From assembly GCA_963665325.3 (NCBI GenBank), contig OZ224045.1, forward strand, positions 672,001 to 736,000: a stretch of 64,000 bases of DNA. Reading direction: 5' to 3'. The position numbers were made by a program, and so were the translations under genes. Shown piece after piece: positions 9,113 to 20,439 of the stretch (position 1 is the first letter of the stretch; every line of letters starts with the position of its first letter). Origin of the DNA: Alphaproteobacteria bacterium. Lineage in GTDB: Bacteria > Pseudomonadota > Alphaproteobacteria > Bin95. The notes below the pieces were generated by a model that did not search any database, was not told the origin of the DNA, and saw nothing but the letters and a program-made list of their open reading frames with translations.

Positions 9113-11805
9113 TCTTGCTCTCCTGCGCCGTTCCCGGCATCCGCGTCGCTTTCGGGCGCCCGATCCTCGTCATCCGCCTCGTCGTCCTCGTCGGCATCGG
9201 CAAGATGCGACACCTGGACGACCCGCGCGCCCTCAGGAATGTTGAAAAGGCGCACGCCTCTCGTCGGCCGACGCGCTTTCCGGATATCGGTTACGGGGCA
9301 GCGGATCAACTGGCCGCCGTCGGTCATCAGCAGAAGCTGATCCGTGTCCTCGACCGGGAAGGCGGCGACAACCTCGACCTCCTCGCCGCTGCGGGTCATC
9401 AGCTCGACGCCCTGCCCGCCCCGGCTTGTCACGCGGTAGTCGTAGGCGGAGGTGCGCTTGCCGTAGCCGTCCGAGGCGACCGACAGGATCATCTGCTCGT
9501 GTTCCTCGAGTTCGGCCGTGCGGATCATGTCCCCGATGCCGTGCTGGCTGAGATAGGTATCCCGCTCCTCGGTGCTGTCGATCATGAACCCATCGACGAC
9601 GCTCATGGAGATGACGCGGTCGTCCTCGCGTAGCGAGATGCCGCGCACGCCCGTCGATGCGCGGCTCACAAATTCCCGGACGCCCTCTGCCGGGAAGCGC
9701 AGCGCCTTGCCCTGCCGGGTCGCCAGCAGGATATGGTCGCCCGGCCCGCACGGCTTCACCCCCACCAGCACATCGCCCTCGTCCAGCTTCATCGCGATCT
9801 TGCCGCGGCGGGGAATGTTGATGAAATCCGCGAGCGTGTTGCGCCGCACATTGCCGCTCTCGGTCGCGAACATGACCGAAAGCCCGCGCCAGCTCTCCTC
9901 GTCGTCCGGCATCGCCATCACGGCGGTGATGCGGTCGCCCGCCGGCAGGGCCTCGATGACCTGCTGCATCTTGACACCGCGCCCCTGCGGCCCCGTGCGC
10001 GGCAGGCGGTGGACCTTGAGCTTGTAAACGATGCCCGAGGCCGAGAAGAACAGCAGCGGCGTGTGCGTGTGTGCGATGATGACCTGCGAGACCGCGTCCT
10101 CATAGCGGTTCGACATGCCCGAGCGCCCCTTGCCGCCGCGCCTCTGGGCCCGGTAGGTGGAGAGCTGCACGCGCCGGATATTGCCGCCCTGACTCACCGT
10201 CACGACCATGTCCTCGCGCTGGATCAGGTCTTCTTCGTCAGGGTCGATCTCGGCATCGGTCAAGGTCGACCGACGCTTGTCCGCAAAACGGTCCCGGACG
10301 CTCTGCAACTCGTCGCGGATCAGAGCGAGCAGCTTCTCCCGCGAACCCAAGATTTCCAGATAGCCCCGGATTCGCTCCGCCACCTCCTCCAGTTCCTCGG
10401 CGATCTTCTGCCGCTCGAGGCCGGTGAGCCGGTGCAGCCGCAGGTCGAGAATGGCGCGCGCCTGCGCATCGCTCAACCGGTAGCCGCCGTCCTCGAGTGC
10501 GCCTCCGGTCGTGCCGAGAAGAGCCAGTAACGGTTCCGTATCCGCTGCCGGCCATGCGCGCGCCAGCAGGTTGGCGCGCGCTTCGGCGGGATCGCCCGCC
10601 TGCCGGATGACGCGGATGATCTCGTCGATATTGGCGACCGCTACCGCAAGGCCGACCAGCACATGCGCGCGCTCCCGCGCTTTGCCGAGATCGTGGCGGG
10701 TACGCCTTGCGACCACCTCCTCGCGGAAGGCGACGAAGGCGCGGATGATGCGGTCCAGCGACAGCGTCTCGGGCCGCCCGCCGTCCAGCGCCAGCATGTT
10801 GATGCCGAAGCTGACCTGGAGTTGCGTGTGCCGGTAGAGCTGGTTCAGCAGCACGCGGTGCTCGACCCCCGGCTTGAGTTCGATGACGATGCGGATGCCG
10901 CGCCGGTCGCTCTCGTCGCGCAGCGCCTGGATGCCCTCGATCAGCTTGAGGTTCACGACCTCGCTGATGCGCTCGGTCATCCGCGCCTTGTTGACCTGGT
11001 AAGGCACCTCCGTGACGATGATCGCCTCGCGACCGTGCGGGCGCTCCTCGATCTCGGTGCGGGCGCGGAGAATGACCGTGCCGCGCCCGGTGAGATAGGC
11101 CTGCCTGATGCCTTCCCGGCCGAGCAGCACGCCTCCGGTCGGGAAGTCCGGCCCCGGCACATATTCCATCAGTTCTTCGACGGTGATCGCCGGGTTGTCG
11201 AGATAGGCGAAGCAGGCGTCGATCACCTCGCCCAGATTGTGGGTCGGGATGTTGGTGGCCATGCCGACGGCGATGCCGCCCGCTCCGTTGACCAGCAGGT
11301 TCGGGTACTGCGCCGGCAGCACGACGGGTTCCTGCTCGCTGTCGTCGTAGTTCGCCTGGAAATCGACCGTATCCTTGTCGATATCGGTCAGCAGCGCTTC
11401 CGCCGCCCGCGCCAGCCGCGCCTCGGTGTAGCGCATCGCTGCCGGGGGGTCGTTGTCCATCGAGCCGAAATTGCCCTGCCCCGCGACCAGCGGCAGGCGC
11501 ATGGAGAACGGCTGCGCCATCCTCACCATGGCGTCGTAGATCGCGCTGTCGCCGTGCGGGTGGAACTTGCCCATCACGTCGCCGACGATACGCGCCGACT
11601 TGCGGAAGGGCTGGTTCCAGCCGTAGCCGCCCTCGCGCATGGCGTAGAGGATGCGCCGGTGGACCGGCTTCAGCCCGTCGCGCACGTCCGGCAGCGCGCG
11701 CGCCACGATCACGCTCATCGCGTAATCGAGGTACGAGCGGCGCATCTCGTCTTCGAGCGCTACCGGCGCGATGTCATCCGGCTCAATGAGTGTCGTGTCG
11801 TTCAC
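9109..11805 (-). CDS. gyrA: DNA gyrase subunit A
   Basis: [28 protein letters not shown], GyrA box QRRGGKG. Confidence 0.97.
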   Translation of the reverse strand: MNDTTLIEPDDIAPVALEDEMRRSYLDYAMSVIVARALPDVRDGLKPVHRRILYAMREGGYGWNQPFRKSARIVGDVMGKFHPHGDSAIYDAMVRMAQPFSMRLPLVAGQGNFGSMDNDPPAAMRYTEARLARAAEALLTDIDKDTVDFQANYDDSEQEPVVLPAQYPNLLVNGAGGIAVGMATNIPTHNLGEVIDACFAYLDNPAITVEELMEYVPGPDFPTGGVLLGREGIRQAYLTGRGTVILRARTEIEERPHGREAIIVTEVPYQVNKARMTERISEVVNLKLIEGIQALRDESDRRGIRIVIELKPGVEHRVLLNQLYRHTQLQVSFGINMLALDGGRPETLSLDRIIRAFVAFREEVVARRTRHDLGKARERAHVLVGLAVAVANIDEIIRVIRQAGDPAEARANLLARAWPAADTEPLLALLGTTGGALEDGGYRLSDAQARAILDLRLHRLTGLERQKIAEELEEVAERIRGYLEILGSREKLLALIRDELQSVRDRFADKRRSTLTDAEIDPDEEDLIQREDMVVTVSQGGNIRRVQLSTYRAQRRGGKGRSGMSNRYEDAVSQVIIAHTHTPLLFFSASGIVYKLKVHRLPRTGPQGRGVKMQQVIEALPAGDRITAVMAMPDDEESWRGLSVMFATESGNVRRNTLADFINIPRRGKIAMKLDEGDVLVGVKPCGPGDHILLATRQGKALRFPAEGVREFVSRASTGVRGISLREDDRVISMSVVDGFMIDSTEERDTYLSQHGIGDMIRTAELEEHEQMILSVASDGYGKRTSAYDYRVTSRGGQGVELMTRSGEEVEVVAAFPVEDTDQLLLMTDGGQLIRCPVTDIRKARRPTRGVRLFNIPEGARVVQVSHLADADEDDEADDEDRAPESDADAGNGAGEQE

Positions 11806-11878
11806 GGTCTGCTAGCTGTCCGCGGAAGACGCGCCGGCTGTCCGCCGGCCCGGTCCGCATTGTGGAAATGGCGATTCA

Positions 11879-12358
11879 TCAGAACGGGATATCGTCGTCC
11901 AGGTCCTGACCCATGGGCGGAGCCGGAGCCGCCGACCTGCCGCCGCCCATCCCCCGGTCTTCATAGCCGCCGCCGTAATCCGCGCTCCGGCTCCCCGAAT
12001 CGCCGTCGCCTGCCCTGTCGAGCATCTGCAGTTCGCCGCGAAAACGCTGCAAGACCACTTCGGTCGAATAGCGGTCCTGCCCGGACTGGTCCTGCCATTT
12101 GCGCGTCTGCAGGCTGCCCTCGACATAGACCTTCGATCCCTTGCGGAGATATTGCTCGGCGATTTCCGCCACTCGCCCGAAAATGACCACCCGGTGCCAT
12201 TCCGTGCGTTCGCGCCGTTCGCCGGACTGCCGGTCGTTCCAGCTTTCCGAGGTTGCAACGGACAGATTTGCAATCTTGTCGCCGGACTGCATAGTCCGAA
12301 TCTCGGGGTCGCGGCCCAGATTTCCGACCAGAATCACCTTGTTGACGCTGCCTGCCAT
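11879..12358 (-). CDS. ssb: Single-stranded DNA-binding protein
   Basis: [19 protein letters not shown] ... DDDIPF tail. Confidence 0.98.
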   Translation of the reverse strand: MAGSVNKVILVGNLGRDPEIRTMQSGDKIANLSVATSESWNDRQSGERRERTEWHRVVIFGRVAEIAEQYLRKGSKVYVEGSLQTRKWQDQSGQDRYSTEVVLQRFRGELQMLDRAGDGDSGSRSADYGGGYEDRGMGGGRSAAPAPPMGQDLDDDIPF

Positions 12359-12540
12359 ACCGCCGTGTCCTTACACCCGATTCGCCCCCGGAACATACAC
12401 CCCGCAGACCGCCAAAGCGACCGGCCGAGGACCGCCGCCCTGTGGAACGAATGGGTAACTTCGTCCCCCCGTCCCGCCGCTGGCAGCACCCCTTGCCGAA
12501 GGCGGCGGATAGGTCCCCGCGCCATACGTCCCACATGGAG

Positions 12541-12598
12541 TGTCATGAAGTGTCATGTTTTGTCATGCGGCCCGCCGGAAATGTCATGTTTTGTCATG
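12541..12598. repeat. Five TGTCATG heptamers, mostly at 10-bp spacing
   Basis: TGTCATG at 12541, 12551, 12561, 12582, 12592. Confidence 0.85.
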
Positions 12599-12711
12599 GT
12601 CCGCCGCGCCTCCGGTCCCGTTGCTGCCCGTCCGTATCCCGCATGCGGTTCCTCCATCGCGTTTCGTTCCAGTCCGTTCCCGCCGCCCGCGCCGAACGCG
12701 GCGAACATTGC

Positions 12712-12760
12712 GGATGGCGGCGTTGACGCCGCCGGCAGATGACGGCGTTGACGCCGCCGC
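12712..12760. repeat. Tandem duplication (25-bp period) of a hairpin-forming unit CGGCG-TTGA-CGCCGCC
   Basis: ggatggcggcgttgacgccgccg followed by agatgacggcgttgacgccgccg. Confidence 0.75.
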
Positions 12761-12969
12761 CGGCTCGCCCGCCTGGCGGGACCCTGTTTCGCGCGTATCG
12801 CGTCCGCCCGCGCCCGCCCGTCAGCGCGCGTTAGCGCCGGCGCGGCTCGCGCGCCTGATTGCGCGCGCGGGACGGAGGGCGCACTTCGCCTGTGCGTCGA
12901 ATCGGGGTCGTTCTGCGCCGGGCCGGCGCGAAGGGAAGCGATCCGCGCGGACGCCGCTCCCTCGGACCC

Positions 12970-12997
12970 ATCTTAGCATAATTTCCTGAGGGTCAAG
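12970..12997 (-). promoter_or_regulatory. Putative sigma70 promoter firing towards ssb
   Basis: Minus strand CTTGAC ... TG-C-TAAGAT with an AT-rich upstream tract (13001-13034); spacer is short (15 nt). Confidence 0.4.
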
Positions 12998-13069
12998 CTC
13001 GTTTTAGAATTATTTCAAATTTAATTGGAACAAACCGCTTCTTTCGGACTGCCGCGAGGCCGGAGCGCT

Positions 13070-14077
13070 TCAACGAAGCTGCGGCAATACCTCTGCGGCC
13101 AGGCGCGCGTTGCCGTCGGCGACCTCCACGGGATCTGCGTCCGACGAGAAGGTGACGAAAACAAGCCGGTCCAGCCCGAGTTCAATGAGCGGGCCGAGCC
13201 GGTCCACGCAATAGCCGGACGGTCCCGCAACCGCGAAGCGCTCTATGAAATCCTCGTCCACGACCGAAATGTGGCCGGCCGCGATTCGCGCGTGGTTGGG
13301 CATGTCGTAGTTGGCGCCGATATATTCGAAGATGGCGCGGTCCTTCAGACCCTCGGAATTCGCTCCGGACATGCCCGTAAAATGCGCAAAAGTGCCCACG
13401 CTTCCGCTGATTATGTGGCGCGCCCGGGCCGCATCGGGATTCGCGGTGCAGTTGATGTAGGCGCCGAAGGAAAGCTCCTCGGGGTCCAGGCCCGCGTTCT
13501 CCCGGGCGGCGCGCGCCGTTTGCATCGCGCCGGCGATCCGGTCCGGGTCGGCGCCCACGGCGAAGGTGATCCGCTCGGCATGGACCGCGGCTACCGAGAT
13601 GACCCTGGGCCCCGTTGCCGCAACGTCCACGGGGACCTTGGGCTGCCCCGTGCCGGCGATCCAGTTGTTGCGGCTTTCATAGCCGTCGATATCCACCGCT
13701 TCGCCCCGCAGATAATGCTGCACATCGCGCAGATACCGCTCGAACACCCCGACCGGGGCCGGCTGCCGACCGATATAGCCGAGCGCGGAGTCGCCGCGAC
13801 CCATCCCAAGCACGGCGCGTCCGCCGGACTCGACCTGCACGGTCACAATGGCGGAGGCGGTGACCGCCGGGTGGCGCGTGACCGGATTGGTGACACCGGG
13901 GCCGAGCATGAGCCGGTCGGTCGCGGACGCGGCAAGCGCAAGGGCGCTGTAAACGTCGCCGCTCAGGTTCTGCGTATCGGGAAAGCCCAGACCGTCCCAG
14001 CCGGCCGCCTCCGCATTGCGGGCCGTCTCCGCGGCCGTCCCGGGGACAGGAAACGCGAGATACGAAAACTCAGCCAT
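13070..14077 (-). CDS. Luciferase-like (LLM) oxidoreductase, Mer-like, possibly F420-dependent
   Basis: AEAAGWD...DTQ, LGPGVTNPVTRHPAVTA, GRAVLGMGRGDS, AATGP. Confidence 0.85.
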   Translation of the reverse strand: MAEFSYLAFPVPGTAAETARNAEAAGWDGLGFPDTQNLSGDVYSALALAASATDRLMLGPGVTNPVTRHPAVTASAIVTVQVESGGRAVLGMGRGDSALGYIGRQPAPVGVFERYLRDVQHYLRGEAVDIDGYESRNNWIAGTGQPKVPVDVAATGPRVISVAAVHAERITFAVGADPDRIAGAMQTARAARENAGLDPEELSFGAYINCTANPDAARARHIISGSVGTFAHFTGMSGANSEGLKDRAIFEYIGANYDMPNHARIAAGHISVVDEDFIERFAVAGPSGYCVDRLGPLIELGLDRLVFVTFSSDADPVEVADGNARLAAEVLPQLR

Positions 14078-14175
14078 GGCGGCGCTCCCGATAGCGGTCA
14101 ACCCGCTGGTAAATTTCAGTCGGATGCCTGTTGTAACCCGAATTCGACCCGTTGTGTGCCGGACAATCCGTCCGT

Positions 14176-14559
14176 TCAGGCTTCGGCGACCGGCCATTGC
14201 GGCGGCATGAACCCGCTGCCGTCATGAGCGCACCAGCTGTCGCTGGTCGCGAGGATCAGCTTCATCCGTTCCCTGCGCGCCGCCTCGAGCCGGTCGTGCA
14301 GCGCCCTGGAGCCGGCGAATGTTGGCGAATTGGTGCGGGTCGCCGCGCGATGCGCCTTGTCCACATAGGCGATTACCAGCCACACCATGTCGCACGCCCC
14401 GGACACCTCCGGATTGGGTTCCGGCTCCTCGGCGAGATAGAAGCCGAGGATGCGCGCGCCGAGCTGCGCCATCGGCGGCCAGACGCCTTCCCTGGAGAGG
14501 CGGCGAAACTCCTGCCAGGACCCCTTCTCGATCCAGAACCGGTGAACCATCACATGCAT
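14176..14559 (-). CDS. Small NIPSNAP-like (dimeric alpha/beta barrel) protein
   Basis: Pattern F..LSREGVWP.M..LGARILGF...VWLVIAY; GGAGG RBS. Confidence 0.55.
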   Translation of the reverse strand: MHVMVHRFWIEKGSWQEFRRLSREGVWPPMAQLGARILGFYLAEEPEPNPEVSGACDMVWLVIAYVDKAHRAATRTNSPTFAGSRALHDRLEAARRERMKLILATSDSWCAHDGSGFMPPQWPVAEA

Positions 14560-14665
14560 GTCGTCCTCCGTCCGGCGCACCCCCGTCCCGGCCTGCCGCC
14601 GAATTGCGGCGGAACCGCGCCATGGCTTCTAAGCCGGGGCCGTTCGGCCTAAAATCCCGCCTATC

Positions 14666-17524
14666 ATGACAGGCGCGTCCCAGCCCCGCCGGATCGTCGT
14701 TCGCGGCGCCCGGGAGCACAACCTGAAATCCGTCGATGTGTCGCTGCCGCGCGGCAGGCTGATCGTCGTCACCGGGCTTTCCGGTTCCGGCAAGTCGTCG
14801 CTCGCCTTCGATACCATCTACGCCGAGGGCCAGCGCCGCTATGTGGAGAGCCTCTCCGCCTATGCGCGGCAGTTCCTGGAGCTGATGCGCAAGCCCGATG
14901 TCGATTCGATAGAGGGCCTGTCGCCGGCAATCTCCATCGAGCAGAAGACAACCTCGCGCAATCCGCGCTCCACCGTCGCCACCGTCACCGAGATCTACGA
15001 CTATATGCGCCTGCTCTGGGCCAGGGTCGGCATCCCCTATTCGCCGGCGACCGGCCTGCCGATCGAAAGCCAGAGCGTTTCCCAGATGGCGGACCGGATC
15101 GCGTCCCTTCCCGAAGGCTCACGCCTGCTGCTGATGGCGCCGGTCGTGCGCGGCCGCAAGGGGGAATACCGAAAGGAACTCCGGGACTACCAGCGGCGCG
15201 GTTTCCAGAGGGTCAAGATCGACGGCGAACTTTACGACATCGAGGAAGCGCCGGCACTCGGGAAGAACTTCAAGCACGACATTTCCATCGTCGTGGACCG
15301 GATCGCCGTCCGCCCCGATCTGGGCAACCGGCTGGCGGACAGCCTGGAGACGGCGCTCAACCTCGCCGACGGCCTGGCTTCCGTCGAGGACGTGCGGACG
15401 GGCGAGAGCATTCTCTTCTCGGCGCGCTTCGCGTGCCCCGTCTCGGGCTTCACCATCGAGGAGATCGAGCCCCGCCTCTTTTCCTTCAACAACCCGGCGG
15501 GCGCCTGCCCGGCCTGCGACGGCCTCGGCAGCCGGCGCTATGTGGACGAGTCGCTCGTGGTGCCGGACGAAGGGCTCAGCATGCGGCGCGGCGCCGTCGC
15601 ACCGTGGAAAAACACCACTGCGAAATACTACCAGCAGACCTTGAGGAGCCTGGCGCGCCACTACGATGTGGAGACCGACACGCCCTGGCGCGAACTGCCG
15701 CCGGAGGTGCGCCGCGCGGTGCTCTACGGCTCGGGGAACGAGCCGGTGACCATGGCCTACAATGACGGCCTGCGGAACTACAAGGTCACCAAGCCGTTCG
15801 AGGGCGTCATCCGCAACCTGGAACGGCGCCTCCGGGAAACCGACAGCGCCTGGGTGCGAGAGGAACTGTCGAAATACCTGGCCTCCCGGCCCTGCGAGAC
15901 ATGCGACGGCAAGCGGCTCCGGCCCGAAGCCCTCGCCGTCAGGATCGACAACCGCGACATTTCCGACATCGCCGCGCTTTCCATCGGCGAGGCCGGCCGC
16001 TGGTTCGCCCGGCTGGAAGACGCGCTGACGGCGAAGCAGCGCGAGATCGCCGACCGCATCCTGCGCGAAATCAACGACCGGCTGGGGTTCCTGAACGATG
16101 TCGGGCTCGAATACCTCTCCCTCGACCGGGCGTCCGGCACACTGTCCGGCGGGGAGAGCCAGCGCATCCGGCTTGCCTCGCAGATCGGCTCCGGCCTGAC
16201 TGGCGTACTCTATGTGCTCGACGAGCCCTCCATCGGCCTGCACCAGCGGGACAATGACCGGCTGCTGGCGACGCTCCGCCGCCTGCGCGACCTCGACAAT
16301 ACGGTCATCGTGGTCGAGCATGACGAGGAGGCGATCCGCAGCGCCGACTACCTGGTAGACATGGGCCCCGGCGCCGGCGTGCATGGCGGCCATGTCGTGG
16401 CCGAGGGCCTGCCCGAAGAAGTGGTCACACATGGAGACGGGCTGACGGCGCAGTATCTCACCGGGCGGCGGCGCATCGAGATTCCGCACTGGCGGCGGCC
16501 GGGCAACGGCCACAAGCTCACCGTCAGGGGCGCAAGCGGCCATAATCTCCAGGAAATCGATGCCGCCTTCCCGCTCGGCGTCTTCGCCTGCGTCACCGGC
16601 GTTTCCGGCGGCGGCAAGTCCACCCTGGTCGTCGAGACGCTCTACAAGGCGTTGGCCAGGCATCTTCATGGCGCGCGCGGCGCGGCCGCCCCGCATGACG
16701 GGATCGAGGGCGCCGATCTCGTGGACAAGGTCATCGACATCGACCAGTCGCCGATCGGGCGCACGCCGCGCTCGAACCCGGCCACCTATACCGGCGCGTT
16801 CACGCCGATACGGGACTGGTTCACCGGCCTGCCGGAAGCAAAAGCGCGCGGCTACAAGGCCGGACGATTCTCCTTCAACGTCAAGGGCGGGCGCTGCGAA
16901 ACCTGCCAGGGCGACGGCGTCATCAAGATCGAGATGCACTTCCTGCCGGACGTCTATGTCGAGTGCGAGACATGCAGAGGCCGGCGGTACAACCGTGAGA
17001 CGCTGGAGGTGCGCTTCCGTGGCCGGTCCATCGCCGATGTGCTGGACCTCACGGTCGAGGAAGGCGTCGAGATCTTCCGGGCGGTGCCGGCGGTTTACAA
17101 CAAGCTCGAGACGCTGCGCCGGGTCGGCCTCGGCTACATCAAGATCGGCCAGCAGGCGACCACGCTTTCCGGCGGCGAAGCGCAGCGCGTCAAGCTGGCC
17201 AAGGAGCTCTCCCGGCGCTCGACCGGACGCACACTCTACATTCTTGACGAACCGACCACCGGCCTGCATTTCGAGGATGTGCGCAAGCTGCTGGAAGTGC
17301 TGCACGCGCTCGTGGACGCCGGCAACACGGTGATCGTCATCGAACACAATCTGGAAGTCATCAAGACGGCGGACTGGATCGTCGATCTAGGCCCCGAGGG
17401 CGGCGCCGGCGGCGGGCGCATCGTCGCCGCCGGCACGCCGGAAGATGTGGCCGACGCGACAGAGAGCCACACCGCGCGCTACCTCGCCGCCTCCCTCGGC
17501 CGGGCGGAGCGGCTGGCGGGATAG
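14666..17524 (+). CDS. uvrA: Excinuclease ABC subunit A
   Basis: GAREHNLK, two Walker A motifs ([16 protein letters not shown]), LSGGE signatures, Zn fingers. Confidence 0.98.
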   Translation: MTGASQPRRIVVRGAREHNLKSVDVSLPRGRLIVVTGLSGSGKSSLAFDTIYAEGQRRYVESLSAYARQFLELMRKPDVDSIEGLSPAISIEQKTTSRNPRSTVATVTEIYDYMRLLWARVGIPYSPATGLPIESQSVSQMADRIASLPEGSRLLLMAPVVRGRKGEYRKELRDYQRRGFQRVKIDGELYDIEEAPALGKNFKHDISIVVDRIAVRPDLGNRLADSLETALNLADGLASVEDVRTGESILFSARFACPVSGFTIEEIEPRLFSFNNPAGACPACDGLGSRRYVDESLVVPDEGLSMRRGAVAPWKNTTAKYYQQTLRSLARHYDVETDTPWRELPPEVRRAVLYGSGNEPVTMAYNDGLRNYKVTKPFEGVIRNLERRLRETDSAWVREELSKYLASRPCETCDGKRLRPEALAVRIDNRDISDIAALSIGEAGRWFARLEDALTAKQREIADRILREINDRLGFLNDVGLEYLSLDRASGTLSGGESQRIRLASQIGSGLTGVLYVLDEPSIGLHQRDNDRLLATLRRLRDLDNTVIVVEHDEEAIRSADYLVDMGPGAGVHGGHVVAEGLPEEVVTHGDGLTAQYLTGRRRIEIPHWRRPGNGHKLTVRGASGHNLQEIDAAFPLGVFACVTGVSGGGKSTLVVETLYKALARHLHGARGAAAPHDGIEGADLVDKVIDIDQSPIGRTPRSNPATYTGAFTPIRDWFTGLPEAKARGYKAGRFSFNVKGGRCETCQGDGVIKIEMHFLPDVYVECETCRGRRYNRETLEVRFRGRSIADVLDLTVEEGVEIFRAVPAVYNKLETLRRVGLGYIKIGQQATTLSGGEAQRVKLAKELSRRSTGRTLYILDEPTTGLHFEDVRKLLEVLHALVDAGNTVIVIEHNLEVIKTADWIVDLGPEGGAGGGRIVAAGTPEDVADATESHTARYLAASLGRAERLAG

Positions 17525-17527
17525 CGG

Positions 17528-18280
17528 TCAGCGGCGCAGCGCCACCAACGACAATTGGCGACCGTAGTCGGGTTCGCCCTTCAGGCAGGCGCGGCGGTAG
17601 CTGAAGAAGCGTTCGGCCTCGGCGCAGGTGTCCGCATCGGCAACCGACACCGCCGCCAGTCCCGCCCGCTCCAGCCGCGCCGCGACATATCCCGCGAGGT
17701 CGAAACGGGAATGGCCGGCGCGCTCGGCCGCGACGAACCAGCGCCCGTTGTCCGGGTCCGCCGCTTCGAACTCAACGCGGAATTCCGGGCCCACCTCGTA
17801 GGATGCCTGCCCGATGCAGGGGCCGACAGCGGCGACCGTCCGGCCTGCCCGCGCGCCGAGCCGCTCCATCCGCTCCAGCACCGCTTCGGCGATGCCGGCG
17901 AGGGCGCCCCGCCAACCGGCATGGGCGGCCCCGACCACGCCCGCCTCAGCGTCCGCAAACAGCACGGGCGCGCAATCCGCCGCCAATATGCCGAGCGCGA
18001 GGCCCGGACGGTCGGTCGCCATGCCGTCCGCCCTGAGCCCCTTCGGCGGCTCGGTCAGGGTCGCGGCCTCGGCGCCGTGGACCTGGTAGAGCGTCGCCAG
18101 ACGGTCCGCACCGACCGCGGCCAGCGCACGGCGCCGGTTTTCGCTCACCGCATCCCGGTCGTCGCCGGAGCCGAAACCGCAGTTGAGGCCGGCATAGAGG
18201 CCCGTGCTGACGCCTCCCTTGCGTCCCAGAAAGGCGTGGGCAACGCCGTCGACCCCCGATATTGCGTCCCCTTCCATCAT
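17528..18280 (-). CDS. pgeF: YfiH/PgeF-family purine nucleoside phosphorylase / peptidoglycan editing factor
   Basis: QVHG, ADCAPVL, AHAGWRG, GPCI, FFSYRR motifs. Confidence 0.9.
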   Translation of the reverse strand: MMEGDAISGVDGVAHAFLGRKGGVSTGLYAGLNCGFGSGDDRDAVSENRRRALAAVGADRLATLYQVHGAEAATLTEPPKGLRADGMATDRPGLALGILAADCAPVLFADAEAGVVGAAHAGWRGALAGIAEAVLERMERLGARAGRTVAAVGPCIGQASYEVGPEFRVEFEAADPDNGRWFVAAERAGHSRFDLAGYVAARLERAGLAAVSVADADTCAEAERFFSYRRACLKGEPDYGRQLSLVALRR

Positions 18281-19284
18281 CCCCCTTCCCCGTCGAGAAA
18301 CCCTGCGGGCGCCGCCGCGCCGGCCGGACCGAAGGCCAGCACCCGGAACAGCCTGCCCATCGCGTCCCCGCCTGTCAGCCGGGCCAGCGCGGCCTCCTGG
18401 CCGCCGAGCTGTGCGGCGCGGGCTTCGATGCCGAGGCGCTTCAGCCAATCGCCTTGCGGCACCGGCCCCCAGACTGCCGCGCCTGCCTCGCGTCCGGCGC
18501 GCGCCAGCGCCGCAAAATCCACATGCGCGCTCATATCCGCTTCGCCCGGCCGCGACAACGGATCGACCGGCGCGTGCGCGCTAACCGCCTGCACGGTCGG
18601 CTGGCGCGGCGGCTCGACATAGCCGTAATCGATGGCAATGCCGTAACCGGAGCGAGCGGCCAGCGTCGCGGCCATGCCGGTCGCGGCCGGGGAAACTTCC
18701 GCCATATCGCCGTCCTCGCCGCTTCCGGCACGGCGCAGCGCCGGACCCGCGACGAAGCGGAAGCCGCTGCCGTCGCAGTCCACCAGCCGCTCGTGCCAGC
18801 ATCCGTTCACTCTCAGGAACTGGCGGACCGGCAGGGCGTCGAAGAACTCGTTGGCAATCCAGATCGCCGGCCCTTCCGGAACGGTCTCGACCCTGTCGTG
18901 CCAGACGGCGTCGAAGCCGTGGGCCCGCTGCAGGGAACGAAGCGCCGGCGAGGGCTCGACCAGATGCACGTCGGGACGGAATGCCGGCTGCAGCCGCGCG
19001 GCGCGGAGCGCGTCGGCCATCAGCACGCCGCGACCCGGACCGAGCTCCACCAGCCGGACAACCGCCGGCCGCCCTAGCCGCTCCCAGGCATCCACGCACC
19101 AGAGCCCCACGATCTCGCCGAACATCTGGCTGATCTCGGGCGCCGTGATGAAGTCGCCGCCGCGCCCGAACGGATCGCGGCCGGCATAGTAGGCGGCGTT
19201 GTTCAGCGCCATATATTCAGCGAACGGCATGGGCCCGTCGCGCTCGATACGCCTGGCAAGGCGGATTGCCAGGCTGCCGCTCAC
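18277..19284 (-). CDS. SAM-dependent methyltransferase, MidA/NDUFAF7 family
   Basis: GDFITAPEISQMFGE, VELGPGRG, ANEFFDALP, IDYGY; GTG overlaps the lgt stop. Confidence 0.9.
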   Translation of the reverse strand: MSGSLAIRLARRIERDGPMPFAEYMALNNAAYYAGRDPFGRGGDFITAPEISQMFGEIVGLWCVDAWERLGRPAVVRLVELGPGRGVLMADALRAARLQPAFRPDVHLVEPSPALRSLQRAHGFDAVWHDRVETVPEGPAIWIANEFFDALPVRQFLRVNGCWHERLVDCDGSGFRFVAGPALRRAGSGEDGDMAEVSPAATGMAATLAARSGYGIAIDYGYVEPPRQPTVQAVSAHAPVDPLSRPGEADMSAHVDFAALARAGREAGAAVWGPVPQGDWLKRLGIEARAAQLGGQEAALARLTGGDAMGRLFRVLAFGPAGAAAPAGFLDGEGG

Positions 19285-20072
19285 TGACGGCGGACCAGCA
19301 GAAAGAGCCCGGCTGCGATCAACGGCAGGCAAAGCAGCTGCCCCATCGTGACCGGCCCCAGGATGAACCCCAGATGCGCATCCGGCTCGCGGAAGAACTC
19401 GGCAAAGGACCGCGCGAGCCCGTAACCGAGAAAGAAGGTGCCCGCCAGCAGGCCGGGCTTCGCGCGCACCCGTTCCCGCCACGCCAGCACCAGCATGACG
19501 AGGCCGAGAGCCAGGCCTTCCAGTGCCGCTTCGTAGAGCTGGCTCGGGTGTCGGGGCAACTGCGCCGGATCGGAGGGAAAGACCATCGCCCAGGAAACAT
19601 CGGACGCCCTGCCGTAGAGCTCGCCGTTCACGAAGTTTGCAAGCCGGCCGAGGAACAGTCCCAGGGGACAAACCGCAGCCACGATATCCCCGACACGCAG
19701 GAACGGCAGCTTGTGGCGCCGCGCGAAGAGGAAACTCACCAGCACGACGCCGGCCAGCCCGCCGTGGAACGACATGCCGCCCTGCCAGAGGAACAGCACC
19801 TCATCCGGGTTCAACAGGTAATAGCCGGGCTTGTAGAACAGGACATAGCCGAGCCGCCCCCCGGCCACCACGCCCAGCACCATCCAGGCGAGCAGATCGT
19901 CCACCCGGTCAGCGCGCATGAGATAGGGCGGCAGCACGGCGAGCCGGCGCGCAAGCCGCCATCCGACGATCAGGCCGACGAGATAGGCAAGCGCATACCA
20001 GCGTATCGCCAGCGGCCCGAGCTCGACCGCAACCGGGTCGATGACCGGGAACGGGACGACAGGAAGTATCAC
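19281..20072 (-). CDS. lgt: Prolipoprotein diacylglyceryl transferase
   Basis: IRWYALAY, GGRLGYVLFY, GGMSFHGG, LGRLANFVNGELYGR, RHPSQLYE. Confidence 0.97.
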   Translation of the reverse strand: MILPVVPFPVIDPVAVELGPLAIRWYALAYLVGLIVGWRLARRLAVLPPYLMRADRVDDLLAWMVLGVVAGGRLGYVLFYKPGYYLLNPDEVLFLWQGGMSFHGGLAGVVLVSFLFARRHKLPFLRVGDIVAAVCPLGLFLGRLANFVNGELYGRASDVSWAMVFPSDPAQLPRHPSQLYEAALEGLALGLVMLVLAWRERVRAKPGLLAGTFFLGYGLARSFAEFFREPDAHLGFILGPVTMGQLLCLPLIAAGLFLLVRRQ

Positions 20073-20181
20073 GGCCGGGGGTTCGCCGGTTCCAACCGGC
20101 TGGCACGATCTCCCGTGACAAGCATCATTTCATGGCCCATCCTGTCGGCGCGGTCGAGAAGCTATGCCCGGAGTCGGACCC

Positions 20182-20439
20182 ATGCAAACCGGAAAGCGTG
20201 TTCTGGACGATCTGGCCCGCGTGGCCTCGGGGGCCGCCGGCGCGGCAGGCGCCGTGCGCGACGAGATGGAGTCGATGGTTCGCGACCGTATGCAGAGCCT
20301 GCTCGACTCGATGGACCTGGTGCGGCGCGAGGACTTCGAAGCCGTGCAGGAAATGGCGCAGAACGCGCGCATGGAGCAGGAACGGCTCGAAGCGCGCGTG
20401 GCCGCCCTGGAGGCCCGGCTGGCAGAAACCGGCAAGTGA
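20182..20439 (+). CDS. UbiK/BMFP-family coiled-coil accessory factor
   Basis: LDDLAR...MDLVRREDFEAV...LEARVAALE; divergent from lgt. Confidence 0.85.
   Translation: MQTGKRVLDDLARVASGAAGAAGAVRDEMESMVRDRMQSLLDSMDLVRREDFEAVQEMAQNARMEQERLEARVAALEARLAETGK

Noticed and set aside
9109-11805. Possible parC or quinolone-resistant gyrA
   Set aside because: GyrA box QRRGGKG present and the QRDR reads GDSAIYD (wild-type Ser/Asp)
12555-12989. 144-aa ORF and overlapping ORFs in the ssb upstream element
   Set aside because: Low-complexity Arg/Pro/Ala translation of repeats and hairpins; no RBS or family motif
12359-14665. Alphaproteobacterial LexA box (GTTC-N7-GTTC) for ssb/uvrA
   Set aside because: Only single half-sites seen (e.g. 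GAAC near 12391 and 13028); no convincing direct repeat found by eye
19266-20435. Long N-terminal extensions in the ORF track (e.g. 732-aa MBL, 855-aa ligase, 670-aa helicase, 626-aa GNAT, 453-aa RidA)
   Set aside because: Extensions overlap real neighbouring genes; true starts are at coupled or RBS-preceded codons downstream
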